From Callorhinchus milii (Eukaryota): a DNA stretch of 64,000 nucleotides. The notes below the pieces were generated by a model. The model was not told where the DNA came from. It did not search any database and was given only the letters and a program-made list of their open reading frames with translations. The stretch is from the NCBI RefSeq assembly GCF_018977255.1, contig NW_024704743.1, positions 37,078,001 through 37,142,000 of the forward strand, given 5' to 3'. The position numbers and the translations under genes are program-made. This document shows positions 36,973 through 50,342 of this stretch, in pieces (positions within the stretch are counted from its first letter, which is position 1; each line of letters begins with the position of its first letter).

Positions 36973-38789
36973 ACAACAACAATAAAATTACATTTGTAAA
37001 GCGCCTTTCACGTCGGGAGGACGTCCCAAGGCGCTGAACAGTTGGGGATCAAGCGCGGGTGCAGGTTTGGGATGAGGGAGGGTACAGAGGAAGGAGGGCA
37101 GCTGCACACCCCCAGCACAGCTTTGGAGTGTCCTGGACAACGTGAGTTCAAGTGCTGATTTGCGATTTGAACCCAGAACCTTCTGATACAGAGGCGAGAG
37201 TGTTACCACTGAGTCAAACTGACACATTGAAGCCACAGCAGACAAAACATTCAGAAGCAAATACTTCTTATTGTAGCTATTAACACTCATCACTGGAGTG
37301 ATGCCAGAACTCACACCTCACCTCTAGTCTTTTATTCAAAAGCCTCTTTAGTTCCAATAATGTGTGGAGGCTGGATCTCAATGCTGGCAGCTTAGTTTGA
37401 TCCCATCAGAGATGAGTTTAAATAAAATTGATAATTTTATTTCTAAACAGTTTTTAAAAAAATTATACACTTTTGTGCAACCGTATGCATATTACTATAA
37501 CCATTTACATTTATATAACGCAAGTGCTTCACACAACTGACTAGGAGCCTAAACTGGGTGAGGTGACCAAAAGCATGGTCAACAGATAGTTTTTAAGATG
37601 CGACTGAGCCTCGAAATTATTTCAACCATTTGGTATAATAATAGTAATCCTAGCATTTAATATAACATAACTTTGAAATATCTCAAAGTGCTTCACGGGG
37701 AATTCCAATCAACTGGTCAAGTGTAGTGATTATTTGTCAGCAGCTTCAGCAGCCAATATGCACACAGCAATATTCCACGGACAGCCTTGAAGTGAACAAG
37801 CAATCTTATTTGGAGCATAGATGGACAGGACATCAAGAGAAACGTGCTTCTCTTTTCAAATGGCATCACAATAACGTCTACTTGGTCACGACAGGCAGAT
37901 GGGACCTCATCTCACCTGAAGAAAGATACCAATGCAGTATTCCCCAATACTGCACTGAAGTATCAGTCTAAACTATAAGCTCAAAGTACCAAAGTGGGCC
38001 TTGAACACACAACCTTCTTAGACAGAGATAAGAGTGCTACCAATTGCGCCAACCTAAATGATCCAATCTAAACTTGATCAGGTCGAGACGATCATCAAGG
38101 ACCATTAGATTGCCACAGAAAAGAGGGACTGATGCACCTGTACAGAAAAAGACTGGAACTAGTTTCTTTAGGGAAGTAAATGGACTGACAAGACAGGAAG
38201 ATATTGTACCTCTTTGAATATGCATGTACCACTTTGAATATCCATGGAAAAAAATTGTATGAATATTTCCTACAGCTATAGATTTATCAAAAAGATTTGC
38301 GCAATAATATCAGAATATAACAAGAATGATGTCATGTCTGGGTTACTAAATTGTGAAAGTAAAAACAAATGTGGTCGTGTCATGGTATATCATGCTGAGA
38401 GGAAGTCACAGTGGTGGGAGCCATCCATGGAAAGTTAATAATCCTCACTTTTGATATAGCCCCTTATCATGACGTCGTTGAAACATCTCAAAGCACTTCA
38501 CAGGACTTACTGCAAAACGAATGACTGGATGTATTTTGTGGGCAAAGTGATGTGAGTATACTGCCAATCACATCTCATGCTACTAATTCTTTTGCTCTCA
38601 CATTTTAAATCTCAAATGGACTTGACTTAGAAATAAACAGACACCTCAGGTTTCAAGATACAGCCTGCCAACAAATTAATCAGTTTCAAAAAAGTAATTT
38701 CAAAAGTTAACAGGGAACTACAGTGGAATCAAAAACAACGTCAACTGGTTTTATGTGTTTGAAGTGAAAAATAGTTATTGGAATTGGAA

Positions 38790-41728
38790 ACTGTACACTT
38801 GGATAAATAGCTCTGCAAAAAGGGTTTTAAATCAGTAAGGGGAGGTGGGGGCTCAGGTAGACATAAACATAAATTAAAGATAATAAGAAGGGATAAGAGC
38901 AAAAGTCAGAGTACAAAAAGTGATAAAGAAAACATAAATATTCTGAGAAGAAAAAGGGTTATAGAAAGTAAACAAAAAAAGAGTCAAGACCAAAAGTATG
39001 AGAAAAACGTCAGGGAATATGGACAGGGTGAGGTCAGTTACCCCAATTAGTGTTCTGTACACGAATACAGCTAGCTTAAGAAATAAAACAAGTGAGTTAC
39101 AAGCACACATTCAATTTAAAGGTTATGATGTAGTAGCCATTACAAAGACCTGGCTACAAGCAGAGCTTGACTGGGAGCTAAATATTCCAGGCTATAAGAT
39201 CTTTAGAAAGGACAAGGAAATTGGGAAAGGAGGAGGTGTATCAATATTGATAAAAGACACAATTACAGCAGTAGAAAGAAAGGATTTCAGTAAGGGTGAT
39301 CATCCGTGGAAACACTTTGGGTAGAATTAAGGAACAGCAAAGGAGGCAAGACTCTGATGGGAGTTAGCTACAGACCTCCAGATAGAAGTGATGTAGTGGA
39401 GGGGATGTATAAATACAGAGATCAGGGAAGCATGCAGCAAAAGCAATGTGGTTGTAATGGGAGATTCTAATTTTCACATAGATTGGTAGAAGCAGAATAG
39501 CTCAAGTAGGCAAGGCAACACATTTCTAGAATGTATTCAGGACAGTTTTCTGGAACAATATGTTGTAGAACCGAAAAGGGAACATGTCATACTTGATTTG
39601 GTGATGAGTAAGAAAGCGGAAATAGTTAACAAACTGAGGGTAAGGAAACATCTTGCAAATAGTGGCCACAATATGATTGGGTTTGATATAAGGTTTGAGA
39701 GGGATAAGGGAGAGTCGCAATCCAAGATTCTAAATTTAAGCAAAGCAAACTTCGAAGGGATGAGAAATGAAGTATTCAAAGAAAAATTGGTACAATACAA
39801 AACCAGTACATACCCCTAAAACATTTGTGTAGTTCAACAATCATGGTGGGCAAATGAGGTAAGAGGCAGCATCAAACTAACAGAAAAGGCTTACACAAAT
39901 GCAAGAAAAAGTGGAAATCCAACAGACTGGGTGTTTTATAAAAAACAACAAAGAGATACAAAAAGTTATAAGAGGTGCAAAAAGGGAATATGAGAAAAAA
40001 CTTGCAAGGGATATCAAGAGCGACAGTAATTTTTTAATAAATATATTAAGAGAGAGTGGTAAAGGGAAATGTGGGCCCATTAAAGACAGATGTAGGTGAG
40101 ACTATAGTGGATAATAAGGAAATGGCAGGCTTGTTGAATTAATATTTTGCTTCCGTTTTCACAGTAGAGGAAACTTAAAAATAAACCAAAGAGAAGTACT
40201 AAATGGATTTAGTATAAAAAAAAGGTAATGGAGAAAATAATGGGACTAATGATAGACAAATCTCCAGGACCTGATAGATTCCACCCTAGGGTATAAAAAG
40301 AAGTAGGGGAGGAAATTGTAGATGCATTAGTCATAATTTTCCAAAGCTCTCTCTTTGGGGATTGTGCCCTTGGATTGGAGAATTGCAAATGTCACTCCAT
40401 TATTTAAGAAGAGAGGAAGAGAGAAACCAGGTAACTGCAGACCTGTCAACTTAAGTTGTGGGGAAGTTACTGGAATCTCTCACCAGGGACAGAGTGACTG
40501 AGCACTTGGACAAATATGAGCTAATCAAAGAGAGTCAGCATGGATTTGTGAAAGATAAGTCATGTCTGATGAATCTAATTACATTTTTTGAAGAGGTCAC
40601 TAACATAGAGGTGAAGAGAGTGTCTATGGAAGTCGTCTACATGGATTTCCAGAAGGCGTTTGATAAAGTTCCACACAAGGGGTTATTAGCAAAAATAAAA
40701 GCGCATGGAATCAGAGGTAACCTTGCAATGTGACTTGGTAATTGGTTGTGAGGCAGGAAACAAAGAGTAGGGGTAGGGGGAACGTTCCCTGATTAGTAGG
40801 ACATGACAAGCGGTGTCACTTGGCTGAGATATCAGAGGCTATCTGTCTTCAGGAAGGTGAAGGAATGGGAGAATTGCTACAAAGGTAATTATCAACTGGA
40901 GCAGGTCACCAGGAAGGGTGGTTGAGGCCAGGATTTTGGGTTCACTTAAGAAACAGCATGATGCTATTAATGAATGGTCGGTAGTTTGAGTATTCTAGAA
41001 AGTTGAGATCAAATGGCTCAAAAGGCTTCATCTAAACTAATCTTGTGTTGTCTAGAACACTTGCATAACGTGTTATGGACTGCTTCTCCATTTTTACAGA
41101 ATTAATTTTTTTTAAAAAGAAATCTTTCTTAAGGATAATTTCCAAAGGTCCCCTGCTGATAAGTTGATCTCAATTTAATTCCAGGCATATGACCCGTATA
41201 AAACCTTAGACTAAAGTGGAGTATTGTGTCCAGTTTTGGCCTCACCAGACCCATGGGGAGGGTGTAGAAATTTACTCGGGTGATGTCAGACATGAGTGAT
41301 TTGCACTATTAACAAAGACTACAGGAAATAGGCCTATTTTCATTGGAACAGAGAAGGTTGAAGGTTGATAGAGGTCTTTAAAATTATGAGAGGTTTTGAT
41401 GTAGTCAATAGGAAGAAATAATTTCCACTCATTGGTGAGTCAGTGACTGGAGGTCAGTCAGTGACTTTTTATGGGAGCAAATGCGGGGATAAGAAGAAAT
41501 GTTTTTACAGAGAGTTGTTAAGATGTGATATGTTCTCCTGGGTGCAGTGTTAGGGGCAGAATTCATATTGTCTTTTCAAGGGGGAACTAGGTAGATATCT
41601 ATAAAGGAGTAATTTGCAGGGATATGACGAAAAGGAAGAAAATGGAACTGAATGGATTGTTTTTTCAAAGACCCAGCATGGACAAGAAGGGTCAAATGGC
41701 CTTATTCCGTGCTTTAAATTTCTATGCT
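38790..41728 (+). mobile_element. Old degenerate CR1 LINE (endonuclease, partial RT, 3' end); RT core missing at about 40820-41180
   Basis: LYTNTASLRNK, AITKTWL, IFRKD..GGGV, SGHNMI, KSPGPD, YMDFQKAFDKVPH motifs; many stops. Confidence 0.88.
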
Positions 41729-41739
41729 GTAAATTTGTT

Positions 41740-42260
41740 TGTCAGCCTGGCTCAGTTGGTAGCACTTGCCTCTGAGTCAGAAGATTGTGGGTTCAAGCCC
41801 CATATCATGACTTTGAAGTCATATGGTCTACAAAGCTTACACTCTGATGCAATGTTGCAATGTTGGGTTTCATCATTCCTCAGATGAAACATTGAACTGA
41901 TGTCCCAGCTGACTATTCAGGTGGGATCTCACCCTCACCCTGACCATTTCCCCCTGCTCGGGTCCCGACCCAACTGTCCAGCGCCTTGGGACGTCCTCCC
42001 AACGTGAAAGGCGCTCTATAAATGCAATCTTGTTGTTGTTGTTGTCGAGGATCCCTACTCGAAAGACAAGGGAGTTTCTCAGCATCCTGGCCAACAATTG
42101 CCCAAATAAAATTGGTCTTGGCAGTTTAGGGGATTTTTGCTGTGTAAATATTTGCTGTCGTGTTCACCTCCTAAAAACAGTCACTAAAATTTACACTAAA
42201 TTCTGTGAAGCGTTTTGGGGTGTCCTTCCGCATTTTATCAAATGTAAGGATATTAATGGT
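41740..42260 (+). mobile_element. Deu-type tRNA SINE interrupted by an L2 3' end (about 41925-42045)
   Basis: Head tggctcagttggtagcacttgcctctgagtcagaag..ggttcaagccc; nested L2 tail (TTG)n. Confidence 0.7.
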
Positions 42261-44262
42261 TTTTTGTACAGTTTGGTTGCAAAAAAGGAAACTTCGAAGC
42301 TATGATTTCACTGGGCACAGCTAGAATTTACTTCCTATTTGATCAGGTTTCCTGGTTGGATGGGAGGAGGTGCAGATGGTGTATAGAAAGCTGCTGCTTT
42401 GCTGCTGTATTGCATCAATAAAAGTGCTCCTTGAGCAAACAGTTAGACACAGCTAAATCATACATACACATAGGTATGTATGTATGTATGTATCACCAAT
42501 ACATTTATTAACCTTAGCTCTGAGAGATTGTGGGCTTACGCTAATGAAGATTTACATTCCCCCCCCCCCCACATTTTAGTTTTTCCCTCATTGTTTTGAA
42601 GTTTTACGTAATCATGTTGATTGGCAGATAATCTTAAGTATATAATAATCACATTATTTTGTTTCCCTACGAAATACAGTCACTTCACTTTATAGTAAAT
42701 CCTGTGAAGCCCTTGAGACATCTACCCATATTGAATGCAAGGATAACTTACATATCCTTGCTGTAAAGCGCTTTGAGACGATTCTACAACGTGATAAGAT
42801 GCTGTTGTCACTATACAGTCAATTCTCTTCACAGTATATTCTGTGAAGCGCTTTGAGATGTCTCGACGACGTGATGTGGCCCTATATCAAATGTAAGGAT
42901 TATTATTCTTATTCTTATTATACGCTTGTTGTAAACAATTTAAGTAAGTATGCTTACGCTTGTTATCTTGTTGCTGAGCTGAATTTCAGAACTATAATCT
43001 AAGCATAAAGTGAAAAATTGGATAAACAGCGCTAGATCAAATTCAAGGATTATTATCTAAAATATATTATTATGCATGAGTAATTATTATTATCAAGTAA
43101 GTTCAGTTGATGACCTGGTTAAAGTCATTCATTAAGAGAGACTGTATTGGAAGTACAAAGTGATGATTATAAGTACTGTCTGGCATTATAACAGGGAGAG
43201 GCCTGCAGTTATAGAGACAGCCAGAACTCCAGGACCAGCAGCAAAGTTGAGGATCAAATTGCTGAAATATTAAATGATTTTTCTAAAAATACTGTATTTA
43301 CCAGTGTAAGATTCTGTAATTAATGTGTTAAATAATATCTCAAATTATATTAGCAATGTTTATAGATTTGAGACATATGATCAATCTCATATGATGGGAG
43401 CTGGTCACAAATTTAAATTAACCCTTACACCCGAGAGGATAGCAAAATCCAATTTCTGCAATATATCCATTATCCCAGAGAGTTTTGAAGTCTTCCTGGA
43501 AGAGGTGCTTGATACGTTAGGGTTCAGACTAAAAGATTACAACTATAGAATCCCTTGCCTCAATCCCTCAGTCTTGCCCATCTTCAGATTATACCTGAAG
43601 ATCTTACTCTTCGACCGTGCCTATAGTCACCCTCTCAAACTCCCCTACTGTTAAGTGGTTTGAGACGCTACCCCTTGTGAAGAGCAAGTTGTTTTTGTAA
43701 GATCAAAACCTTCCCTGGTAATACACAAGCAATTCACTTTATAGTATATTCTAAGAAGTGCTTTGAGACGTCTCGAAGATGTGATCGGGTGCTATGAAAT
43801 GCAAGGATTATTATTATTATTATTAGTGTTCTGAAGAATGAAAACATTTTCAATGCCCAGACAATGAAGTGAAATCATTTTACAAATTCAAGAGTGTGCT
43901 GGATACGTGGTCAGAGCAGCAGCATACAGGTATACATCCACAGAAACCATGCCAAGACTTTAAATTGCATTAGCCAGACCGCATCTGGACTACCGAACTC
44001 CACTCTTGCAAAACGAAGTGAAACAAAAGTTCATTAGAAATAGGCTCAGATCTGCTTGTGCAGTTGCAAATACTGTACTGACATGTGCTTAAAGTCTCAC
44101 CACAGTGCGACAATGCAAACTGGGCAACAGCACCAGAGAAAATACACTTAACGTTTGTGAGGACATTTAAGAAGAAAACCAGGAAGAAAACCAGGACGAG
44201 AGGTGATGATGGCCACACATGTCCAACCTCTTGGATGAACAGATCAAGCCTGATGCACGCCA

Positions 44263-44284
44263 GAGAGAGAGAGAGAGAGAGAGA
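44263..44284. repeat. (AG)n microsatellite in CDCP1 intron 1
   Basis: Direct inspection. Confidence 0.9.
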
Positions 44285-44548
44285 TGCAATGCAATGCCCC
44301 TGCGCTCTCTGTGCCTCCTGGTGAGCAACCACATCAGCAGCAGCCAAACCACCCCCCAGGACTCTCCAATGAAAACCAACGTGGCTTTTTGGGATCAAAA
44401 GCAGTGCCTTCTCAAGGGAGGAAGGAGTGGAAGCTCTATAGCCTCAGAATTCATTCCAACCCCTTGGGGACATGCAATGAGACGCGTTGGTGCCACTGTT
44501 CCCCTTCCTGCTCAGGTGAGAGCCTCAACCTCAGCCCCTTCCTCTTAC

Positions 44549-44630
44549 CTGTCCCCACAGCACAGCAACTCAGCAGCAGCAGCAGCAGCAGCAGCAACAG
44601 GGAGGAGAGAGGCTCAGCACTGCTGCCCAT
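44549..44630 (-). CDS. CDCP1: CDCP1 exon 1 (signal peptide); an in-frame upstream ATG also exists at 44648
   Basis: Kozak ggcgATGG; MGSSAEPLSSLLLLLLLLLLSCCAVGT then CAG/GTAAGA phase-1 donor compatible with exon 2. Summed exons give 2406 nt, 801 aa plus stop. Confidence 0.85.
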
Positions 44631-44649
44631 CGCCCTGTAGGGACTCATG

Positions 44650-44980
44650 CCCACCCCTGCCTCACCAGCTGGGGCTGGTGCACTCTGATGCCAGTGGCCG
44701 ACCCTTCTGATGGTTGGCAGATCCTTCCTGAAGGTGTCAGAGGCCCTTTCCCCGTCGGGATCGGTCGCTTCCTGAAAGCCTCACCTCCTGCCTTATTTGC
44801 CTAAATGTAACAATCTGGGCGTGTCGGGTCAGGCTGGAGGTTGGCTCGGCTCGGCTCGGCACAGGGTTACCAGCACATAATCGTTGGGAGCACTACAGCA
44901 CTCAACTTCACATCCCATTTTGCCCACGAAATACGCGGTCAGTTCGCTTCGCGCTATATTCTGCGAAGCGCTGGGAGACG
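44650..44980 (-). promoter_or_regulatory. Probable CDCP1 5' UTR and proximal promoter (GC- and CpG-enriched)
   Basis: Immediately upstream of exon 1; raised CpG density; gggcgtg Sp/KLF-like box near 44817. The TSS cannot be located. Confidence 0.5.
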
Positions 44981-45064
44981 TCTCAAAGACACGATAAGGC
45001 GCTACATCTAATGCAAAGATTATTATTATTATTATCCACACAGATCCAAGCTGTACAACTCTCT

Positions 45065-45522
45065 AATAATAATAATAATGATACTAATCCTGCGTTTGAT
45101 ATAGCGTCTTGTCACGTTGAGATATCACAGACGTTTCACAGAATATATCGTAAAGTGGATAGACTGCGTGTTTGTAAGCAAAATGCGGCAGCCAATTGCA
45201 CATAGCAGTGATCCATAAATAGTCGTGGATTGAGTGATCACATTTTTTTTGGAGGGATTATTACCCCCGAAAAGTGATCCGCTAATCAACTAACAACCGG
45301 GTTCCTACTTACCGCAAGATAAACAGAGGCGCGTGGAGTAAGGAAAGTTGCCTAAGGTTTTGCCCAGCCCGGGACTCCAACCCAGGTCCTCTTGCTTGCG
45401 AGGCGAGTACTCTACAACAAAAACTTGCATTTATATAGCGCCCTTCACATGGGGTAGCGTCCTAACATCCTGTAGTGTTTCTGTAGGGTAGTGCTGTAAC
45501 CACTATGTTACAGAACTCCACG
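45065..45522 (-). mobile_element. Long-subfamily SINE with a short L2-tail insertion (about 45414-45498) in its tRNA head
   Basis: Host gagtactcta/accacta is split; degenerate duplication agtactcta vs agtgctgta. Confidence 0.8.
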
Positions 45523-46931
45523 TAATACCAAATTGAGGAATGTTGGATGTGGCAAGAAGGGTTTGTCATGGGATATTACTTGAATTTAAAAACACTTTTA
45601 GTATACATTTTCTCTCATACGTTTTGTTTTGGCGTTGCTTTAAGGCCTTGCACTACCTATGGTTTGAACCCAGTATAACGCAGAATATTCATTCCTACAT
45701 GTTTGCCCTTTTACAAGCTGTAGGTGAGTAAAGCCCTGGAATTTACAGTAATGTGTGTCAGCTCTGAGTCCAAAGTTTGTTGGTTGTAGCCCCACCCAGG
45801 GACTTTGAGATCAAAACAAACTGACACCCCAATGCAATGCTGGAAGTGTTCTTCTTCGTTGGAGATGCCATCCTTTGGATGTGACATTAAACTGAGATGT
45901 CACCGGCCTGTTTAGGTGAACGTAAAAGATCACATGGCACTATTTGAAAAGGGTGTTTCTTCCCATGTCCTGTTCAATAATCTCAAGATAAAATTGATGA
46001 TTCACTTTGTAGCTGTTTGTGGAATATTGCTCTGAGAAAATGGTGCACTTTGGAATAAAGTTTTGTGAAGGGCTTTGAGGCACTGTATTAAGTGCAGAGA
46101 TTTATTATTAGCATGGACACTGAGTGACACATGGATTACAGGCATGTACCAATTTGCATAGAGCGGGCCAGCACAGTGTTAGTTCATGTTTACTCAGAAA
46201 ATCAATGGAAATCTTAGACTGGATATGACATTCTAAGAGTCATAATCTTTATGCTTGGAGAAGGACTCTTGTTTCAGGAAGGCCATTTGCCATTGTCGTA
46301 GGTACAGTAAAGTACAACTCCACTGATAAATGGAATCGGCCATTTGGGTTACAAAGAGAGGCTACAAGAGCTGAGAATGTTCATACAAAAGAATAGCTCA
46401 GGGAGTTCTTACTGATAATCTCCACATCTTTAGACATCAATAAACACTTAAGGCAGAATTGCTAAAGTAAAACAATTCTAACAATGCAGCACTCGCTCCT
46501 TTGCATTAGAATGTCAGCCTAACCTTTGAGCTGACTTCACAAAAAAGGAGATAGTCTACTATCTGAGCCAAGCTGGCACATGGATGTTACACATCAAAGG
46601 GATTCCTTGTCTCCTTTTCCTCCAATTGACACGGTCAAGCTGGAGAGGTGTGAGACATGAAGTTGGGTTTACAGTTTATGTGGAATAATTCAAGCACTCT
46701 ATCTACAAGGTTCACCCAAGTCTGGATTTTGTAGAGGTTTATGTTTGATTGACTAAGCAGGAGATGGAAAAAGTGATATTCTTCAAATGATCAAATTGTG
46801 AATATTCCCACAGAGATTTTGCTTATTAGTAAGAGTACTTCACCTCTTGCTGGAAACTATGAACTCTAACTCTCAACTGCATGTAGATCTGACTCATTTC
46901 CCCACATTCATCAATTCTTGGCCAGACTATT

Positions 46932-47290
46932 CAACAACAACAACAAATTGTATTTATATAACCTTTCACCCTGGGAGGACGACCCAAGGTGTTGGACAGT
47001 CAAGGGTTTGCACCTGAGCTGCGGGCTGGAGTCAAAAGGGGTGGAGGACAAGGAGGGTGGTGGTGGGAAGGTATGTACAGTCGAAGAGAAAGGTTTTGAG
47101 CCAGGTCTTGACGGAGGCAAGGAAGGAGGAGAAGGGGAGCTCCAGAGGATAGGTGCCGAAACGCCCGTCTGCCGATAGTGGAGCAGGCAGGGTGGGAACA
47201 TAAAATAGGCCAGTATCCGCCGAGCGGAGTGAGTGAACAGGTTGTTAGGGTTTTAGGAGGTTACAGAAGTAGGGCAAAGCAAGACTATTC
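46932..47290 (-). mobile_element. L2 3' fragment
   Basis: (CAA)n tail on +, L2 3' UTR and ORF2 end similar to 3500-3874. Confidence 0.75.
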
Positions 47291-47689
47291 AGAGTACCGT
47301 ACAGCGGTGAGACATTTCATTTTCAAGGGGAAAGGAGCAAAACCTTGAATGCAAATAAGTTGCCTTGAATTGCCACCCATGGAACTATTGACAGAATATA
47401 GTTGTTTATTGAGTGCCCCCTGAGCAAATTATTGCATTCAGTGAAGGGTTTTGGACACCAGCCAGGTTCAAAAAATTTTCCTTGTTTGTTTCATAGGCTT
47501 TCAGTGAAATGTAGACCTGTGTGTCAGTTTAGCACAGTTGATCATGCTCTTGACGCTAGGTCAGAGGTTGTGGGTTCAGCCCTACTTAGGGAAGGTGAAT
47601 TCCTTACCTAGGCTGATGTTCCAGTGTAGAAGTTAAACCAATGTCCCGTCTGCCTGTTCAGATGGATGCACTGCACTTTCAAAAAGAAA

Positions 47690-48410
47690 AGGGCTTTCAT
47701 GCAAAGGATAGTGGAAATCTGGAACTCTCTCCCCCAAAAGGCTGTGGATGCTGGATTAAAATTTTCAAGACTAGATTTTTGTTAAGTTAGGGTATTAAGG
47801 GATATTGGTCAAGGGCGGGTAATTGGAATTGAGGTACATTACAACAACAAAATGACATTTATAGAGCGCCTTTCACATCGGGAGGACGTCCCAAAGTGCT
47901 GAACAGTCAGGTGTCAGGGCCCGAGCATGGGGGAGGGATGGGGTAGGGCTGAGGGAAGGCAGAGAGGTGGGAGGGAGACCAAAGGCATGGTCGAAGAGAA
48001 GGGTCTTGAGACCGGCCTTGAAGGAGGCGAGGGAGGAAGCGAGGCGAAGGGACCATGAGATGGAGTTCCAGAATATATAATACAGAAACAGGCCATTCGA
48101 CCCAACTGGTCTATGCCGGTGTTTATGTTCCACATGAGCCTCCTCCTGCCCTTCCTCAACTAAGCCTATCAGCATAACCTTCTATTCCTTTCTCTCTCAT
48201 GTATGTATCTAGCTTCCCCTTAAGTGCATCTATGCTATTTGCCTCAACTATTCCTTGTGGTGGCAAAATTCAAATTTCTCACCACTCGCTGAGTAAAGAT
48301 GTTTCTTCTGACTTCCCTATCAGCCATATCCCATATTATTCCTATCAGCCATGATCTAATAGAATGGCAGAACAGGCTCAAGGGGCTGATGGCCTACTTC
48401 TGTTCCTATG
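47690..48410. mobile_element. Composite of CR1 3' pieces and an L2 3' end (about 47840-48072, -)
   Basis: CR1 3' motifs on both strands; L2 piece similar to 3640-3870. Confidence 0.7.
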
Positions 48411-49172
48411 GAGTCCTGGCCAACAATTCTCTTAACAATCATTATCTCATGGACGTTTATGGGACCTCACTATGTACAAATGGGCTCAACAGAATATTTA
48501 TCAACAAAAACAGTCTCTTCACCTAACAGTAATCACCTACAAAGCACTTTAAGGTATTTCAACATTATAGGCATAGGTAATGTGGCAAATAATTATTTAT
48601 AATAACAGGACAATAAGTGACCTTTAATCTAATGCTATGACTTTTAATGTTTAGTTTTCCTTTCAAAGTAAAATGTACAACAAAATGACATTTAGTCTAC
48701 ACAATGTCACTGAAAATACAACAGTAAATTTATTAGCAAGAACATAATCGATCACATCAATCAGCAATTTTCTGCCCTTTGTGTGGCCACTAATATCACT
48801 GGAATGAACTGAGTTAATGGTACTTGGGTTCTTGTGCATGTTGGTCAAAGTAAACATTTTTTTGCTGGAACATCTGCCATCCTGTTTACATTTGGTGTTG
48901 GCGTGTTGGAGACCTTTCTTGCTGCGTGGAAGGTGAAAGAACATAATATAGAACTTGATTCATCTTACAACTAGGAATGGCCACTTACAAGATGACATCA
49001 ATGCAGTACTATTTGATATTCAGCCATTACAGACACCATCAGGGAAACACAGAGAACTCAATTTATTTTTTCTCCGATGACTTGAGAACATAACCTTATA
49101 AGAATACCTTTGGGCAGTTCAATTGTCTTGAAAACTTAGCAGCTATTTGTAGCAGGAAGAACTGAGTAAAAT

Positions 49173-49496
49173 GTAGAGTCCTGTAGCTCAGTGGTGAGAG
49201 CACTCGCTTTGCAAGTGAGAGACCTGAGTTCAATTCCAGGCAGAGGGCGAAACCTTGGGCAAGTTTCCTTACTCCACACGCCTAATAATAATCCCTCCAA
49301 AAACCCAAAACAATAATAAATTGGTCATTTTCAATCGACGACTGTTTGTGGAACATTGCTGTGCGCAATTGGCTGCCGCGTTCGCCCACAAATATACAGT
49401 CAATTCACTTTACAGTGTGTTCTGTGAAGCGCTTTGGGACGTCCTCCCGACGTGAAAAGCGCTATATCAAATGCAAGGATTATTATTATTATTATT
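49173..49496 (+). mobile_element. Young tRNA-Ala SINE, full length, with taaaat target duplication
   Basis: Nearly identical to the 8539 and 27755 copies; taaaat at 49167-49172 and 49496-49501. Confidence 0.92.
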
Positions 49497-50342
49497 AAAA
49501 TAGATTGCACATGGTTCATAGCTGTTTTGAATTTGATGTGGTGATGATTTAAAGGAGCCATGTCACTCGCAGTGAAAAGAAGTCTTCCCACTTGTGTGGA
49601 GGTGCACATAGACATCCGTAGAATCACAGAATATTAGTGAGCTGGCTATTCGGCCTGGCAAGTCTGCACTTGTATTTTTGAGCACATAAGCCGCCTGATC
49701 TGATCCCACTTTCCTGCTCTCTCCCCATCCCCTTTAATATTCTCCTTTACAAACCTCTGTCTATTTCCTTTTCAAAATAACTTGTGGACTCTGCTTCCAC
49801 TATGGTCTGCGGCAGGGAATTCCACCCTCTGTGTAAAGAGTTGACCTCTGCATGCTGACACAAGCTGCTGATTTCAGCAGAGCTCTGAGCAGAGTAGGTT
49901 CAGGTGCTCCATGTCAGGGAGAACGTAAGATGTCAACCATCAGCTGATTCAAGAGCAGTATTGACAGATGATCCAGCTGTCCTGCCTGATGAATAGCTAG
50001 AAAGCACAAACGAAAGAGGAAAAGTGAATTGAAAAATAGTTAGTGTCAATTGCAATCCATTAATTTAGCTGGATTCATACTTCTCTGAATACCCTAATGA
50101 TCTTTTAGCTCCACCTTGTCCAATTCACTTTTTACCTTAAAGCCAACATTAACCTCCATGCAGCAGGACAGGGGCTGAATCAAATAAAGGTTCTCATTGC
50201 CATTCAGCATCCACGATCCCTGCTGTTAAGAAATAAGTGTATGGGTGTCACGTTAGGTCAGGAGCAAGGTCAAATGTGTAGTCTCTGGGGTTAACCAGCT
50301 CACCAATGTGCTATCCAGATGGATGCATAATATATATATAAT

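Noticed and set aside
44219..44710. 163 aa + strand ORF with poly-Ala and ER repeats
   Set aside because: Antisense shadow of CDCP1 exon 1 plus (AG)n and CAG repeats; no recognisable domain.
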